From Bacteroidia bacterium (GTDB lineage: Bacteria > Bacteroidota > Bacteroidia > M30B66): a stretch of DNA of 64,000 nt. The stretch covers positions 928,001-992,000 of the forward strand of contig OZ257142.1 of NCBI GenBank assembly GCA_965279035.1, read 5' to 3'. The notes under the pieces are model-generated. The model was given only the letters and a program-made list of their open reading frames with translations, was not told the DNA's origin and made no database searches. Positions 19,033 to 29,853 of the stretch are shown here, piece by piece; the first letter of the stretch is position 1, and the number at the start of each line of letters is the position of its first letter. Position numbers and translations under genes: made by a program.

Positions 19033-20991
19033 TTATTTATTTAAAACAGTAAATTCAGTTCTTCGGTTCTTTTGTTTTCCTTCGGGCGTTGCGTTGGAAG
19101 CAATGGGTTTTGTTTTTCCATATCCTTTCGATTGAATACGATCGGCTAAAATTCCTTTTCCTACAAGATATGTTTTAACCGACTCAGCTCTTTGTTGAGA
19201 GAGTTTCATATTGGCATCATCTGCTCCAACATCATCAGTATGGCCTCCAACTTCAATTTTCATGGTTGGGTTTTTCTCCAAAAACTCGATAAGCTTTTTC
19301 AATTCTGTTTGTGATTGTGTTTCCAATGTGGAAGATCCAGAAGCGAAGAAGATATTCTTCAAAACAATACGTTCTCCAGCTTCAATTGCATTCATGGGAA
19401 TATCGGCTTCAAATACATCGCTTGCTTTCAATGTTTTTCCTAAAGTGTAATTCTCCGAATAAAATAAATATCCTGGAGCACTTACATTCAAAGCGTAGGA
19501 AGAACCTGAAGGAAGACTCACCAAAAATTCTCCTGTTACCTTATCCGAGGAACTAACAACGCGTGTTAAACCAGTTGCTAAATCAATAACTTCGAAATTG
19601 GCTTTCATCGGTTTGCCTGTTTTACTATCGCTTACTTTTCCTCTTAAAAATGTAACAGGCGATGGTTGCGCTTCTGTATATAAATCGAATGAGTAAATAT
19701 CTCTTACTCCAACACCACCTTCTCTATCTGAACTGAAATATCCCTTTTTCCCATCAGCACTAACGATCAGATGGATTTCTTCATTCTTTGTATTGATTGG
19801 ATATCCTAAATTAATTGGCCTTCCCCAAGTTCCATCTGCTTTTCGTTTTGAGTAAAAAATATCTTTCCCTCCCATTCCTGGATGACCGGCTGATGAGAAA
19901 TACAATGTTTGTCCATCAGGGTGCAAATACGGACCGAACTCATCTAATGATGTATTAATCGAATCTCCTAAATTCTCTGGAATTGACCAACGACCATTGC
20001 TACGTTTTGTCGATATCCATAAATCGGCAGCTCCTTTTCCTCCTGATCTTCGGCTAGAAAATACCAACGATTGTCCATCGGCTGATAAAGTTGGTTGAGC
20101 ATCCCAAACACCCGAATTTACTAAATCTCCTAAGTTTTGAGGAGCTGACCACTTATCTCCACTTCGTTCGCTGAAATACAAATCGCAGCTGCCTAAACCA
20201 TCGGGGCGATCACATCCCGTAAAAAAGAAATATCGTCCATCAGGTGAAATCGAATGCGCTCCTTCATTTCTGTGTGTATTTATGGGAGAACCTAATGGAA
20301 TTGCCGGCAACCATTCTCCTTTAATTCGTTTGCTATAATAAAAATCTTCCTCAAACGGAGAACCGATTACCTCAGTTAAATCATCCCGTGGGCGCATGCG
20401 AGTGAATATCAATAGATCTTCATCCACAGTTAACGAAGGATGATAATCGCTATATTCTGAATTGATGTTCTTTCCCATATTCACTGGGTTAAAAGGAACA
20501 GGATTCTTGATTGCATTTTCAGCAAATTGAGCACTAGCTAATCGAAGTGTTCCTTTTGAACGCATTTCAGGATTCACTTTCGGATAGGATAAAAATTTCT
20601 TTAGCTGAACTTGAGCATCAACATAATCTTCCATCTCCATTTCAACACCAGCCAAATTATAATAGAGTGGGGGAAATTTATCCGGTTGAATGCTAATGGC
20701 CTTTTTATAATGCTCAATGGCTTCTGAACTTTTCTTTAAATCGTTACAAACATCTGCTAATAGCATATGTGCATCAAAGAAGTTTTCATCTTCCTTGGTA
20801 GCTTTCAATAAAAAGGAATAGGCATCTTCATTTTTTTTATACTCATAGTTTTGCAAACCTTCATTGAAATACTGGATTGCCTTGCGGTTTGTTGAACCGA
20901 GTTGGCGCGGCTGAGCAATTGCACAAGAAATGAAAAGGAAATTCCCCAGAATGATGAGAATCCAATTCAGTATATAAGAGTGTCTATTCAT
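19033..20991 (-). CDS. TPR-PD40(WD40-like)-OmpA protein (PorE-like architecture)
   Basis: Start moved to ATG 20991. TPR helices, repeated PD40 motifs (ISPDGRYFFF, LSADGQSLVFSS, LHPDGQTLYFSS), then OmpA GHTD...LSQQRA...KNRRTEF. Confidence 0.9.
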   Translation of the reverse strand: MNRHSYILNWILIILGNFLFISCAIAQPRQLGSTNRKAIQYFNEGLQNYEYKKNEDAYSFLLKATKEDENFFDAHMLLADVCNDLKKSSEAIEHYKKAISIQPDKFPPLYYNLAGVEMEMEDYVDAQVQLKKFLSYPKVNPEMRSKGTLRLASAQFAENAIKNPVPFNPVNMGKNINSEYSDYHPSLTVDEDLLIFTRMRPRDDLTEVIGSPFEEDFYYSKRIKGEWLPAIPLGSPINTHRNEGAHSISPDGRYFFFTGCDRPDGLGSCDLYFSERSGDKWSAPQNLGDLVNSGVWDAQPTLSADGQSLVFSSRRSGGKGAADLWISTKRSNGRWSIPENLGDSINTSLDEFGPYLHPDGQTLYFSSAGHPGMGGKDIFYSKRKADGTWGRPINLGYPINTKNEEIHLIVSADGKKGYFSSDREGGVGVRDIYSFDLYTEAQPSPVTFLRGKVSDSKTGKPMKANFEVIDLATGLTRVVSSSDKVTGEFLVSLPSGSSYALNVSAPGYLFYSENYTLGKTLKASDVFEADIPMNAIEAGERIVLKNIFFASGSSTLETQSQTELKKLIEFLEKNPTMKIEVGGHTDDVGADDANMKLSQQRAESVKTYLVGKGILADRIQSKGYGKTKPIASNATPEGKQKNRRTEFTVLNK

Positions 20992-21066
20992 AGGGAACGA
21001 ATGTACCCGTAAAACGCAAAACCCCAACCATTTCTGATTAGGGTCTTGCACAAAATATTGTTAAAA

Positions 21067-24000
21067 TTATTGGCGGATAACCGTAACGTCTCCTTTTATT
21101 TTTTCTCCATTAGATAATTCTAGGATGTAAAAATAAACTCCATCAGGATGATTGCCTGCTTGCCAGTCATTTACATATCCATTCGAATTGTAAATCTCAC
21201 TTCCCCAACGATTGAAGATGACAATTTTTGAATCTGGGAAAGCTTCTAATCCTTGTATTACAAAGAAGTCGTTTTTACCATCACCATTCGGTGTGAATGA
21301 ATTTGGAACAGCTACTGAATTTGAAATTGTATAATCACGTGATGTAGTATCAGCGCAGCCTGCAGCATCTTTTACAATCAAAGTAACTGTTAGTTTACCT
21401 TGACTAGAATAAGCATGTGAGGTATTCTGAGTATTCACATTTGAATTATCTCCAAAGTTCCAATTCCAATTCGTAGGCGCACCCGATGATGCATCTGTAA
21501 ATGAAATAGCTACTCCTGTTTGAGATCCTGTAGTTGGATTGGATGTGAAATCAGCAGTAGGACCAGATTCTGTTATCACAATTCCATCGCTATTCACACA
21601 ACCATTAGCATCTGTAATAGTTAGCATGTAATTGCCTGCAGATAAATTTACATTTTGAGTACTTAAATCATTGCTCCATGAATAGGTCGTCATATTATCT
21701 GGACCATCGACTTCAACTGTAAAGCCTTTACAAACTGATAAACTATCAGTAAGATCAATGGCTGGTAAAGCAAGGATTACTACTTGAACAAAAGCACTGT
21801 CGGTCGATTTACAACCATTCAATTCGGCTGCTAAAGAATACTCACCAGCATTTATCGAACTCATATTATTGATCGTAATGCTTCCAGCCGAATTGGAATA
21901 TCCCGGACCATTCCAGAAATAGACTGTACCAGATTCATTATTCGAACTCAGATTTAATGTTGAGCCATCACAAATCGATAAATCTCCTGTAATAGTTGGT
22001 GTTTGAGGGTATGGATTGAAGGTTACTGTTACAGTATCCGAATCGGCACATCCAATGCTGTTTGTTATTTTCAACCAATAATCTCCGCTTGTGCTTACTT
22101 GTAAAGTAGAACCGGATGAATTATCCTGCCATAAATAAGTAACATTTGAAGTTGTATCTGCTGAAAGAATTATTGGGGTATTTCCGCAAATCGTAGAATC
22201 GCTAAATGCAAAGCTGAATTGAGGACTAGCTAAAATTGTAATCGATGCAGAATCAGGATCAGATGGACATCCATTCGAATAATAATAGGCTGCATATGTT
22301 CCTGATTGACTAATTGCAATATTGTTTAAGTCGAGTTGTGGTGAAGTGGAATTAGTTGTATCACCAACAGCAACCCAATAATAAGTATTTCCCGATAATG
22401 CTGGCAATGAAAGACTTAATGTTTGTCCAGCACATAAAGAATCTACAGTCACATTTTGACCATTAACACTCAATGTTGGAGCAGGAGGTCTTACTGAGAA
22501 AGTAAGGTTTACAGTATCCGATTTAACACATCCTTCTGGATTGGTAACAGAAACAGAATACTCACCACTTTCAGAAACAGTAAACGTTTGATTGGTCGAT
22601 TGATCTTGCCATTCGTACGTATAACCAGTTCCAGTTCCAGCATCAAGAACTAAATCTTGAACATTACATAGCGTATCCGAAAGTCCGATATACACTTCAG
22701 GTGTAGGATTTACAAGTATCGAGACTGTGTCATAAAAACTTTCACATCCTCCCACATTGTAAAATGCTTTATAATCTCCCGATTGTGCTTCAGTGATAGA
22801 AATGAAGTTCAGAACATCTCCAGAGAAAATTGTATTATTCGGTCCAATCCAAGCATAATTTGCATCTTGTAAAGGAGACATTTGAAGACTTAAAGATGTT
22901 CCTGCACAAACTGTGTCTGCGTCTACTGAAGGATCAAAAGGAAGAATGACTGCTGTTGGAGTAATTGGTCTTGGAGCCGTGTAAATTCGAATTGAATCGG
23001 CTGCCCTACATCCTTGATAATCTGTAATGATTACGGAATATAAACCACTGTCAGAAGCTATGAAAAAAGGATCGGTGCTTCCATCTTGCCATTCAAAAAG
23101 AAAAACACCCGGTACACTTAATAACAATTGAGAACCTTCACAGATAGTATCTCTTGATGCTTGAATAGTAGCTGCTGGTAAATAGTAACTCACAGAAACC
23201 GTATCGGTAGCTGTACACTCATTACCACTTAATGTACTTACCCAATACGTACCTGGATCAAAAACAATTATCTTTTGAGTTGTATCTCCTGTGCTCCACA
23301 AATATTCAGTTTTACCTGGGCCAGCATCCAAAATGGCTGAATCACCCAAACATAATGATCGATTAATACCCAATTCTAAGTATGAGAAATTGGTAAAATA
23401 TCCATAATTACAACTCGCTCCTTGTTGATAGGTTATCCCCATGTGGAAGAGCTCCTCGCTGAAATTTTGCAATAAAGCACCTTGTCCAACTGGAATTTCA
23501 GCTGTAGTAAATGCTTTTCGCATATACACCCAAACACCATTTGATCCTGGTACTGGTTGAAAATCGGCAGCAGTAATTAATGATGGATTTCCATTTAATA
23601 AGAACGAACCTTCAGAACCAGCTTTGATGGTCAAGTTCATTTTGAAATTCGCATTACCAGTACGAGTAAAACCTACTTGGTTTGATCCAGTACATTCTAA
23701 AGATGGTATGATTGCTCCTGCAATCTGATCACCTACACCCGAAAGATGCAATACATAAATTGGTTTGCTTCCTTCAATAAATCCAGCTGCTGCTGAAAAT
23801 GAATACGTGTATTGTTGACCTGTATTTAATGTTGCTACAGGAGTTAAACTTCCATCAATGAAAATATCTGTTCCATCTTGGGTTGCTAAAACATATACTT
23901 TATCACCAGGTGTTCCTAAATCTCCACGAACAACGATGTGTTTAAATCCGCATTTGTCGATAGAAATCAATTGATCGGCTGCTAAATCGGCACCACCATC

Positions 24001-24750
24001 AGTTGCTAAATTCAAATCGAGCATGTCGTCTTTGATAGTAACTGCAATTGGGCGATCAGATTCAATTTTTGTCCCTGCAGGTTTTGCTAATGCTGTTTGG
24101 TCAATAGCTTCGCAAAAATAGGTTTGACCACGATGCATATATACACTGAACGGAACACCCGCTTGGTGATTCAATATATCAATAGATGGAGTAATCGTTA
24201 CTGTTGTAGAATCATCTGTTGCTACAATAACAAATCCGCTTCTTGGAGCCGGAATGTATGGACTGCCTCCTAAACTTTGATCGTTTTCCCATTCCGTTTG
24301 AAAAGGGGTATAGAATAATGTTCCGTTAGCATTTTTTCCTTTCAAGGCAACCAAATCGCGATTAGCTGCAGCTCCTAACTCATAATAAGCAGTTATTGGT
24401 GCTGTCGAACGAATCAAAATTCCTGTACTCAATACTGAATCTGGAATCCGTGTTTCAATTTGATCTAACCAATTCGTTAGATTAATTGTTTGAGTTGAGC
24501 TTGCAGCCAAATTAACTACAATTGGAGCAAACGATAAATTCGCAGGCTGCCATAAAGTAATTTGTGCAGGATCAGTTAAAGTAGAAACAACAACCTGAAT
24601 AGGTCTATCTCTATAGGCATTTCCGTTGATTTCACCTTGGGTTCCTTGAGTTAAATCGGGCGCGCCAAACCAAAATTCTTGGTCAATTTGGGCTTTAGCC
24701 TGAAAACAAAAAATGGAAATGAAGATGACAACAAGTAGCGGGTTTCGCAT
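21067..24750 (-). CDS. Large secreted protein: IgGFc-binding-like N-terminus, tandem Ig-like repeats, PKD, and T9SS type-B (gliding-motility-associated) CTD
   Basis: Signal peptide, EFWFGAP, GTKIESDRPIAV, repeated LDAG..Y.W....Q...V...G.Y.V..T...C..D units, WNWNFGD, and C-terminal VPNSFTPNGDGKND...IFNRWG...GVYFY. Confidence 0.9.
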   Translation of the reverse strand: MRNPLLVVIFISIFCFQAKAQIDQEFWFGAPDLTQGTQGEINGNAYRDRPIQVVVSTLTDPAQITLWQPANLSFAPIVVNLAASSTQTINLTNWLDQIETRIPDSVLSTGILIRSTAPITAYYELGAAANRDLVALKGKNANGTLFYTPFQTEWENDQSLGGSPYIPAPRSGFVIVATDDSTTVTITPSIDILNHQAGVPFSVYMHRGQTYFCEAIDQTALAKPAGTKIESDRPIAVTIKDDMLDLNLATDGGADLAADQLISIDKCGFKHIVVRGDLGTPGDKVYVLATQDGTDIFIDGSLTPVATLNTGQQYTYSFSAAAGFIEGSKPIYVLHLSGVGDQIAGAIIPSLECTGSNQVGFTRTGNANFKMNLTIKAGSEGSFLLNGNPSLITAADFQPVPGSNGVWVYMRKAFTTAEIPVGQGALLQNFSEELFHMGITYQQGASCNYGYFTNFSYLELGINRSLCLGDSAILDAGPGKTEYLWSTGDTTQKIIVFDPGTYWVSTLSGNECTATDTVSVSYYLPAATIQASRDTICEGSQLLLSVPGVFLFEWQDGSTDPFFIASDSGLYSVIITDYQGCRAADSIRIYTAPRPITPTAVILPFDPSVDADTVCAGTSLSLQMSPLQDANYAWIGPNNTIFSGDVLNFISITEAQSGDYKAFYNVGGCESFYDTVSILVNPTPEVYIGLSDTLCNVQDLVLDAGTGTGYTYEWQDQSTNQTFTVSESGEYSVSVTNPEGCVKSDTVNLTFSVRPPAPTLSVNGQNVTVDSLCAGQTLSLSLPALSGNTYYWVAVGDTTNSTSPQLDLNNIAISQSGTYAAYYYSNGCPSDPDSASITILASPQFSFAFSDSTICGNTPIILSADTTSNVTYLWQDNSSGSTLQVSTSGDYWLKITNSIGCADSDTVTVTFNPYPQTPTITGDLSICDGSTLNLSSNNESGTVYFWNGPGYSNSAGSITINNMSSINAGEYSLAAELNGCKSTDSAFVQVVILALPAIDLTDSLSVCKGFTVEVDGPDNMTTYSWSNDLSTQNVNLSAGNYMLTITDANGCVNSDGIVITESGPTADFTSNPTTGSQTGVAISFTDASSGAPTNWNWNFGDNSNVNTQNTSHAYSSQGKLTVTLIVKDAAGCADTTSRDYTISNSVAVPNSFTPNGDGKNDFFVIQGLEAFPDSKIVIFNRWGSEIYNSNGYVNDWQAGNHPDGVYFYILELSNGEKIKGDVTVIRQ

Positions 24751-25023
24751 AACTGCTGGGCTTTGGGTTTAGTTCTATTATGAGCGAATAATGAACGAAA
24801 GGATGAAGGAAAAGATTTTTTCCTCGGCTGTTTACTCTAATCTTTTTAAAAAGGTTTCAAAATTTCAGAATGGGCATGCAAATTTGCTCAAACTTTATTT
24901 AATTCTAGCATATAATATACGAATGAATCTTACTTCTAGTGTATTTTATGAATGCAGTTTATTCAAATTGGAAGATTGCTAATTTAATTTGGCAGAGTTT
25001 GTATCTGCATGTTTATCTACAAA

Positions 25024-26982
25024 TTATTTCCTGCCAATTTTCTTCCATGAATTTATAAGAATTGCAAAGTCCTTTTTTATTCGATAATCTTTTGCATATA
25101 ATAAATTCGATTGCTGTTTCATCTTATCATCAGCCTGAATTCCCTTATAAGGATCAAGTGGGTTTAATACTCCAGGTAATAGCTTAGGTAATGAATTAAT
25201 TTTATCCTCTATGGAATATCCAATCCATGTTTTCTTATTAAATAATATTTGGAAAATATGATTTATTGTCTCAATTCTATTGGAAATAAATAAAGTGAAT
25301 ATTGGAAAAAAGAATAGAAAAAACAAAGAAACAAGGATATCGAAAACTCGTTTTTTTCTTCTGTTTGATGGCCTATCAATGGAATTCAAGCCAATTGTGT
25401 ACAATTCTCCACTAGTTTGAATCGAATTACTTCCTATAATAAACAAGCTTTCCGGAGGAGCAATTTTGTATTCTAATTCAGGATGATTTATCATCATCAT
25501 TTTATCCATAATCTGAGCAGAAGTCAAATCTTTACCGCAAAATATTAATTCATTGATAGAGAAAATCTCTACCATTTCTCTCAATCGATTTAGATTTCCT
25601 GCAAATCCTGATTGAGGATCAATTTCTGATTCTGGTGAAACAATTCCTAAATAAGCTGTTTTAACTGGTGATTGATTCAATAATGCAGCGATTCTGCCTC
25701 CCTCACTTTCAGTTCCAATAATCAGAATTCGTTTCATTTCCCTTTCTTCTGGAAAAAAACTCTTATGACGAAATAAATTATAAATCATTCTATTGAGTGT
25801 TGCTGAAATCATTGCCCATCCAGCACCAACTAATGTTAAGAATCTGGAATAACGATGCATTTCATCCAACATTCCATAAACTACCAAAATGACTAATGTA
25901 CCTATTGCTAATCCTCTAATTGTTTTTAATATTTTCAAAGGCCTATCGTATCCACCACTTAGCCAAGTGAATGACAGCCAACAGACTATATACAAAGGAA
26001 CAGCTATCCATAGAAATTCTCTTGGATAATAAATTCCACTTCTACTTGCCCAATAATCTTTTAAGAAATACATCCCAATAAAAATGATTCCCGCATCTGT
26101 TATGGGTAACCAAACTGTTGAAACGACTCTTGAAAGTACCGAAAATGCTGCTCTTAAATAAACCGCCGATTTAATAAAAAGACTAAATAGGCGAGCATTT
26201 TTCTGTGAGAAGTGCTTATTAGCAAAAATAATCATCGCTTGATAAAACACGAATACATAGTTGATGCTGCTCTTCTTTGTGCTTTCTCCCCTATAATGTA
26301 TGATCCGTGTTTTTGGGTGATAATAGATTTTATAACCTGCTTGACTAATACGATAACTTAAATCAATGTCTTCACCATACATGAAGAAATCTTCATCAAG
26401 AAAACCTGCTTTGTCTAATGCTTTTTTCCGCATAAACATAAAGGCTCCAGATAATATTTCAATCTCATTCGTTTCCTCTTTATCAAGATAGCCTAAGTGA
26501 TATTTACCAAAGAACTTGGATTTTGGAAACAAGCGAGCAAGTCCAAATATTTTAAAAAAAGCAACTTGAGGAGTTGGTAAACCTCTTTTTGATTCGGGTA
26601 AAAAATTCCCTTTTCCATCTATGAGTTTTACACCTAAAGCACCAGCATCAGGCATAGAATCCATGAACTCAATACATGTGCTGAATGTATCTTCTTCAAC
26701 AACCGTATCGGGATTCAATAGCAATACATATTCACCTTGTGCAATGCGAATTGCTTGATTATTTGCTTTACTAAAACCAGCGTTATTTTTATTTGCAATC
26801 AACTTCACTTCAGGAAACTTCTCCCGTATCATCTCCACAGAACCATCCACCGAATTATTGTCAACAACAAAAATTTCACCTTCAATTCCTTGAAGTGCTT
26901 TACTAACCGACTGAACACATTGCTCTAAAAAATGTCGGACATTGTAATTAACGATAATGACAGATAGTTTCATTCCATTCAT
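25024..26982 (-). CDS. GT2 glycosyltransferase fused to TM, Rossmann-like and degenerate bacterial sugar-transferase domains
   Basis: LSVIIVNYN, VVDNNSVDGS, GFSKANN, LLLNPD and FFMYGEDID, then about 5 TM, RILIIG, and KKRVFDIL. Confidence 0.87.
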   Translation of the reverse strand: MNGMKLSVIIVNYNVRHFLEQCVQSVSKALQGIEGEIFVVDNNSVDGSVEMIREKFPEVKLIANKNNAGFSKANNQAIRIAQGEYVLLLNPDTVVEEDTFSTCIEFMDSMPDAGALGVKLIDGKGNFLPESKRGLPTPQVAFFKIFGLARLFPKSKFFGKYHLGYLDKEETNEIEILSGAFMFMRKKALDKAGFLDEDFFMYGEDIDLSYRISQAGYKIYYHPKTRIIHYRGESTKKSSINYVFVFYQAMIIFANKHFSQKNARLFSLFIKSAVYLRAAFSVLSRVVSTVWLPITDAGIIFIGMYFLKDYWASRSGIYYPREFLWIAVPLYIVCWLSFTWLSGGYDRPLKILKTIRGLAIGTLVILVVYGMLDEMHRYSRFLTLVGAGWAMISATLNRMIYNLFRHKSFFPEEREMKRILIIGTESEGGRIAALLNQSPVKTAYLGIVSPESEIDPQSGFAGNLNRLREMVEIFSINELIFCGKDLTSAQIMDKMMMINHPELEYKIAPPESLFIIGSNSIQTSGELYTIGLNSIDRPSNRRKKRVFDILVSLFFLFFFPIFTLFISNRIETINHIFQILFNKKTWIGYSIEDKINSLPKLLPGVLNPLDPYKGIQADDKMKQQSNLLYAKDYRIKKDFAILINSWKKIGRK

Positions 26983-26983
26983 T

Positions 26984-27625
26984 TCAGGGAATGTGCATGT
27001 ATTTATGGGTTTGTAATGATATCATCCAGCGAGGATTCTCTTTTACAAATTCCACAATTTCTGACATTAATTGAGATGCTTTACTCCATTCAGGTTGTAT
27101 GTAACGAATGCACTTTTCATTAATATCCTGTAAATGTTGGTTTGCCCAATTGAAATCTTGTTTATTAAAAACAATCACTTTCAACTCATCAGCCCGTTCA
27201 AGTAAATCTTTACGTGGAGCTTTAAATTTTTTGGGTGAAACACAAACCCAATCAAATTCACCACTTAAAGGATATGCGCCTGAAGTTTCTAAGAATATTC
27301 TTATTCCACGGTTCTTCAACATCAAGGTCAATGGAGCTAAATTATAAATCAAGGGTTCTCCACCCGTAATGACTACAGCTTTCGCTGGATATAAAGCTGC
27401 CTTTTCTACAATTTCAGCAATATTGGTTAGTGGATGAAGATTCGCATCCCAGGATTCTTTCACATCACACCAATGGCATCCTACATCACATCCACCTAAA
27501 CGAATAAAATAAGCCGCTTGTCCAGTATTAAAACCCTCTCCTTGAATGGTGTAAAAGTCCTCCATGAGTGGAAGTGCATTTCCATTATCAAGTAAAATCT
27601 GTTGGGCTTCAGTCAAATTGGCCAT
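26984..27625 (-). CDS. queE: 7-carboxy-7-deazaguanine synthase
   Basis: FYTIQGEG, FIRLGGCDVGCHWCD, VITGGEP, ETSG, VSPK and SLQTHK. Confidence 0.93.
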   Translation of the reverse strand: MANLTEAQQILLDNGNALPLMEDFYTIQGEGFNTGQAAYFIRLGGCDVGCHWCDVKESWDANLHPLTNIAEIVEKAALYPAKAVVITGGEPLIYNLAPLTLMLKNRGIRIFLETSGAYPLSGEFDWVCVSPKKFKAPRKDLLERADELKVIVFNKQDFNWANQHLQDINEKCIRYIQPEWSKASQLMSEIVEFVKENPRWMISLQTHKYMHIP

Positions 27626-27627
27626 TC

Positions 27628-28509
27628 TTAAATCTTTTCTCTGCGTTTAAATGCTTCTAATGTGTTTTGCATTAATGCTGCAATGGTCATTGCCCCAACT
27701 CCTCCAGGAACGGGAGTTATCCAGCTCGTTTTTGGTGCTACCGAATCAAAATCAACATCACCACAAAGTTTATATCCTTTCGGATTGGTTTCATCTTTTA
27801 ATCGGGTAATTCCAACATCAATAATAACAACACCTTCTTTCACCATATCAGCTCCTAAAAAAAGAGGCTTTCCTAAAGCTGCAATAATAATATCTGCTTG
27901 TAGCGTGTGATATTGAAGGTCATTCGTTCTACTATGAGTCAATGTAACTGTGCAATTTCCGGGATTGCTATTCCTACTTAAAAGAATACTCATTGGTGTT
28001 CCAACAATACTACTTCGGCCAATTACTACAGCATGTTTTCCTGATGTTTCTACTCCAAAATAATCTAATAACATCATGATTCCTTTGGGAGTTGCAGGCA
28101 CATATCCCGGTAATCCCAACATCATTAGTCCTAGACTTTCTGGATGAAATCCATCTACATCTTTTTCAGAATCTATTTCAAGTGTGATTTTTTCTTCTGA
28201 AATATGTTTAGGAAGTGGCAATTGAACAAGAATGCCATCAACATCTGAATTAGCATTCAAGCTTTTAATTTCATTAAGTAATGTTTCCTCAGTAACATCA
28301 GAATTAAATCGAATGAGAGTCGATTCAAAACCAATTTGCTCGCACGATCTTACTTTCGAAGCTACATAGGTTTCGCTTGCCCCATCATTCCCAACTAATA
28401 CAGCAACTAAATGCGGTTTTCTATATCCTTTAGCACGAAGTTGTTTAACTTCTTCAGCAATTTTATCCTTATAAAACTGTGAGGCCTTTTTTCCATCTAA
28501 AATTTCCAT
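27628..28509 (-). CDS. folD: Bifunctional methylenetetrahydrofolate dehydrogenase/cyclohydrolase
   Basis: GILVQLPLP, KDVDGFHP, PATPKG, VIGRSSIVG, IDVG and TPVPGGVG. Confidence 0.97.
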   Translation of the reverse strand: MEILDGKKASQFYKDKIAEEVKQLRAKGYRKPHLVAVLVGNDGASETYVASKVRSCEQIGFESTLIRFNSDVTEETLLNEIKSLNANSDVDGILVQLPLPKHISEEKITLEIDSEKDVDGFHPESLGLMMLGLPGYVPATPKGIMMLLDYFGVETSGKHAVVIGRSSIVGTPMSILLSRNSNPGNCTVTLTHSRTNDLQYHTLQADIIIAALGKPLFLGADMVKEGVVIIDVGITRLKDETNPKGYKLCGDVDFDSVAPKTSWITPVPGGVGAMTIAALMQNTLEAFKRREKI

Positions 28510-28518
28510 GATGATTTT

Positions 28519-29853
28519 TTATCGTTGAGCTCCGGGCATATTACGCATGAGTCCAGCCATTTTTCCGGGATTACTCATCATTCTCATCACCTTTCGCGTT
28601 TCCTCAAATTGCTTCAATAACTTATTTACATCTTGAATTGTTGTCCCACTTCCATCAGCAATTCTTTTTCTCCTTGAACCATTAATTAATGCAGGCTCAT
28701 CGCGTTCCTGTGGAGTCATTGAAAGTATAATGGCTTCAACACTTTTGAATGCGTTATCGTCTATATCTACATCCTTCATTGCTTTCCCAACACCTGGAAT
28801 CATTCCAACAAGATCTTTGATGTTTCCCATCTTTTTTATCTGTTGAATTTGATCATAAAAATCGTTGAAACTAAACTGATTCTTTGCAATCTTCTTTTGA
28901 AGCTTTCGCGCTTGTTCTTCATCAAAATTCTCTTGAGCTCTTTCTACCAACGAAACGATATCGCCCATTCCGAGAATACGGTCTGCCATTCGTTCTGGAT
29001 AGAACACATCAATGGCTTCCATTTTTTCTCCAGTACCAACAAATTTGATGGGCTTAGAAACTACCGAACGTATTGTTAGTGCTGCTCCACCTCGTGTATC
29101 ACCATCTAGTTTCGTTAATACAACACCATCATAATCAATTCTATCATTAAAGGCTTTTGCAGTATTTACAGCATCCTGACCTGTCATGGAATCAACTACA
29201 AACAAGGTCTCATGTGGTTGAACTGCCTTTTTTACATTGGCAATTTCATTCATCATGTGCTCATCTACAGCTAATCGCCCTGCAGTATCAATGATGATCA
29301 CATTTTTACCAAGTGATTTTCCATGTGCAATGGCTCTTTGTGCAATGTCTACTGGATCTTTACTTTCTAAATCTGCAAAAACTTCAACTCCAATCTGCTC
29401 ACCCAAAACTTTCAATTGGTTAATTGCAGCTGGTCTATAAACATCTCCCGCTACAAGCAAAACATTCTTTTTTTGCTTGTTCTTTAACATGTTTGCAAGT
29501 TTACCCGAGAAAGTAGTCTTACCTGAACCTTGCAAACCAGCTATCAATATAATGCTAGGATTCCCCGAAAGATTGATCTCCTCTCGTTGACCACCCATCA
29601 AAAGTGCTAGTTCATCATGCGTAATTTTAACAAGCAATTGACCTGGTGAAACTGCTGTTAAAACGTTTTCTCCTAATGCTTTCTCTTTGACTTTGTCAGT
29701 AAATTCTTTGGCAATTTTATAATTTACATCGGCATCTAGTAAAGCTTTTCTTACTTCTTTCAGTGTTTCTGCAACATTGATTTCAGTAATTTTACCCTGC
29801 CCTTTTAGCAGTTTAAATGCACGGTCGAATTTCTCACTTAAATTCTCAAACAT
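28519..29853 (-). CDS. ffh: Signal recognition particle protein
   Basis: ALLDADVN, GLQGSGKTT, DVYRPAA, DTAGR, TKLDGDTRGG, and a Met-rich M domain. TAATTTTG -7 element at 29882-29889 (-). Confidence 0.98.
   Translation of the reverse strand: MFENLSEKFDRAFKLLKGQGKITEINVAETLKEVRKALLDADVNYKIAKEFTDKVKEKALGENVLTAVSPGQLLVKITHDELALLMGGQREEINLSGNPSIILIAGLQGSGKTTFSGKLANMLKNKQKKNVLLVAGDVYRPAAINQLKVLGEQIGVEVFADLESKDPVDIAQRAIAHGKSLGKNVIIIDTAGRLAVDEHMMNEIANVKKAVQPHETLFVVDSMTGQDAVNTAKAFNDRIDYDGVVLTKLDGDTRGGAALTIRSVVSKPIKFVGTGEKMEAIDVFYPERMADRILGMGDIVSLVERAQENFDEEQARKLQKKIAKNQFSFNDFYDQIQQIKKMGNIKDLVGMIPGVGKAMKDVDIDDNAFKSVEAIILSMTPQERDEPALINGSRRKRIADGSGTTIQDVNKLLKQFEETRKVMRMMSNPGKMAGLMRNMPGAQR

Noticed and set aside
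21067-23400. DNA-level tandem repeats or DGR-like target repeats in the large secreted protein and the WG-repeat gene
   Set aside because: The repeats are degenerate and visible only at protein level. There is no near-identical nucleotide pair and no reverse transcriptase.
24791-24982. 63-aa + strand ORF in the spacer upstream of the type-B CTD gene
   Set aside because: AT-rich, opposite to both neighbours and without motifs. It is more likely the promoter region of the 1227-aa gene.
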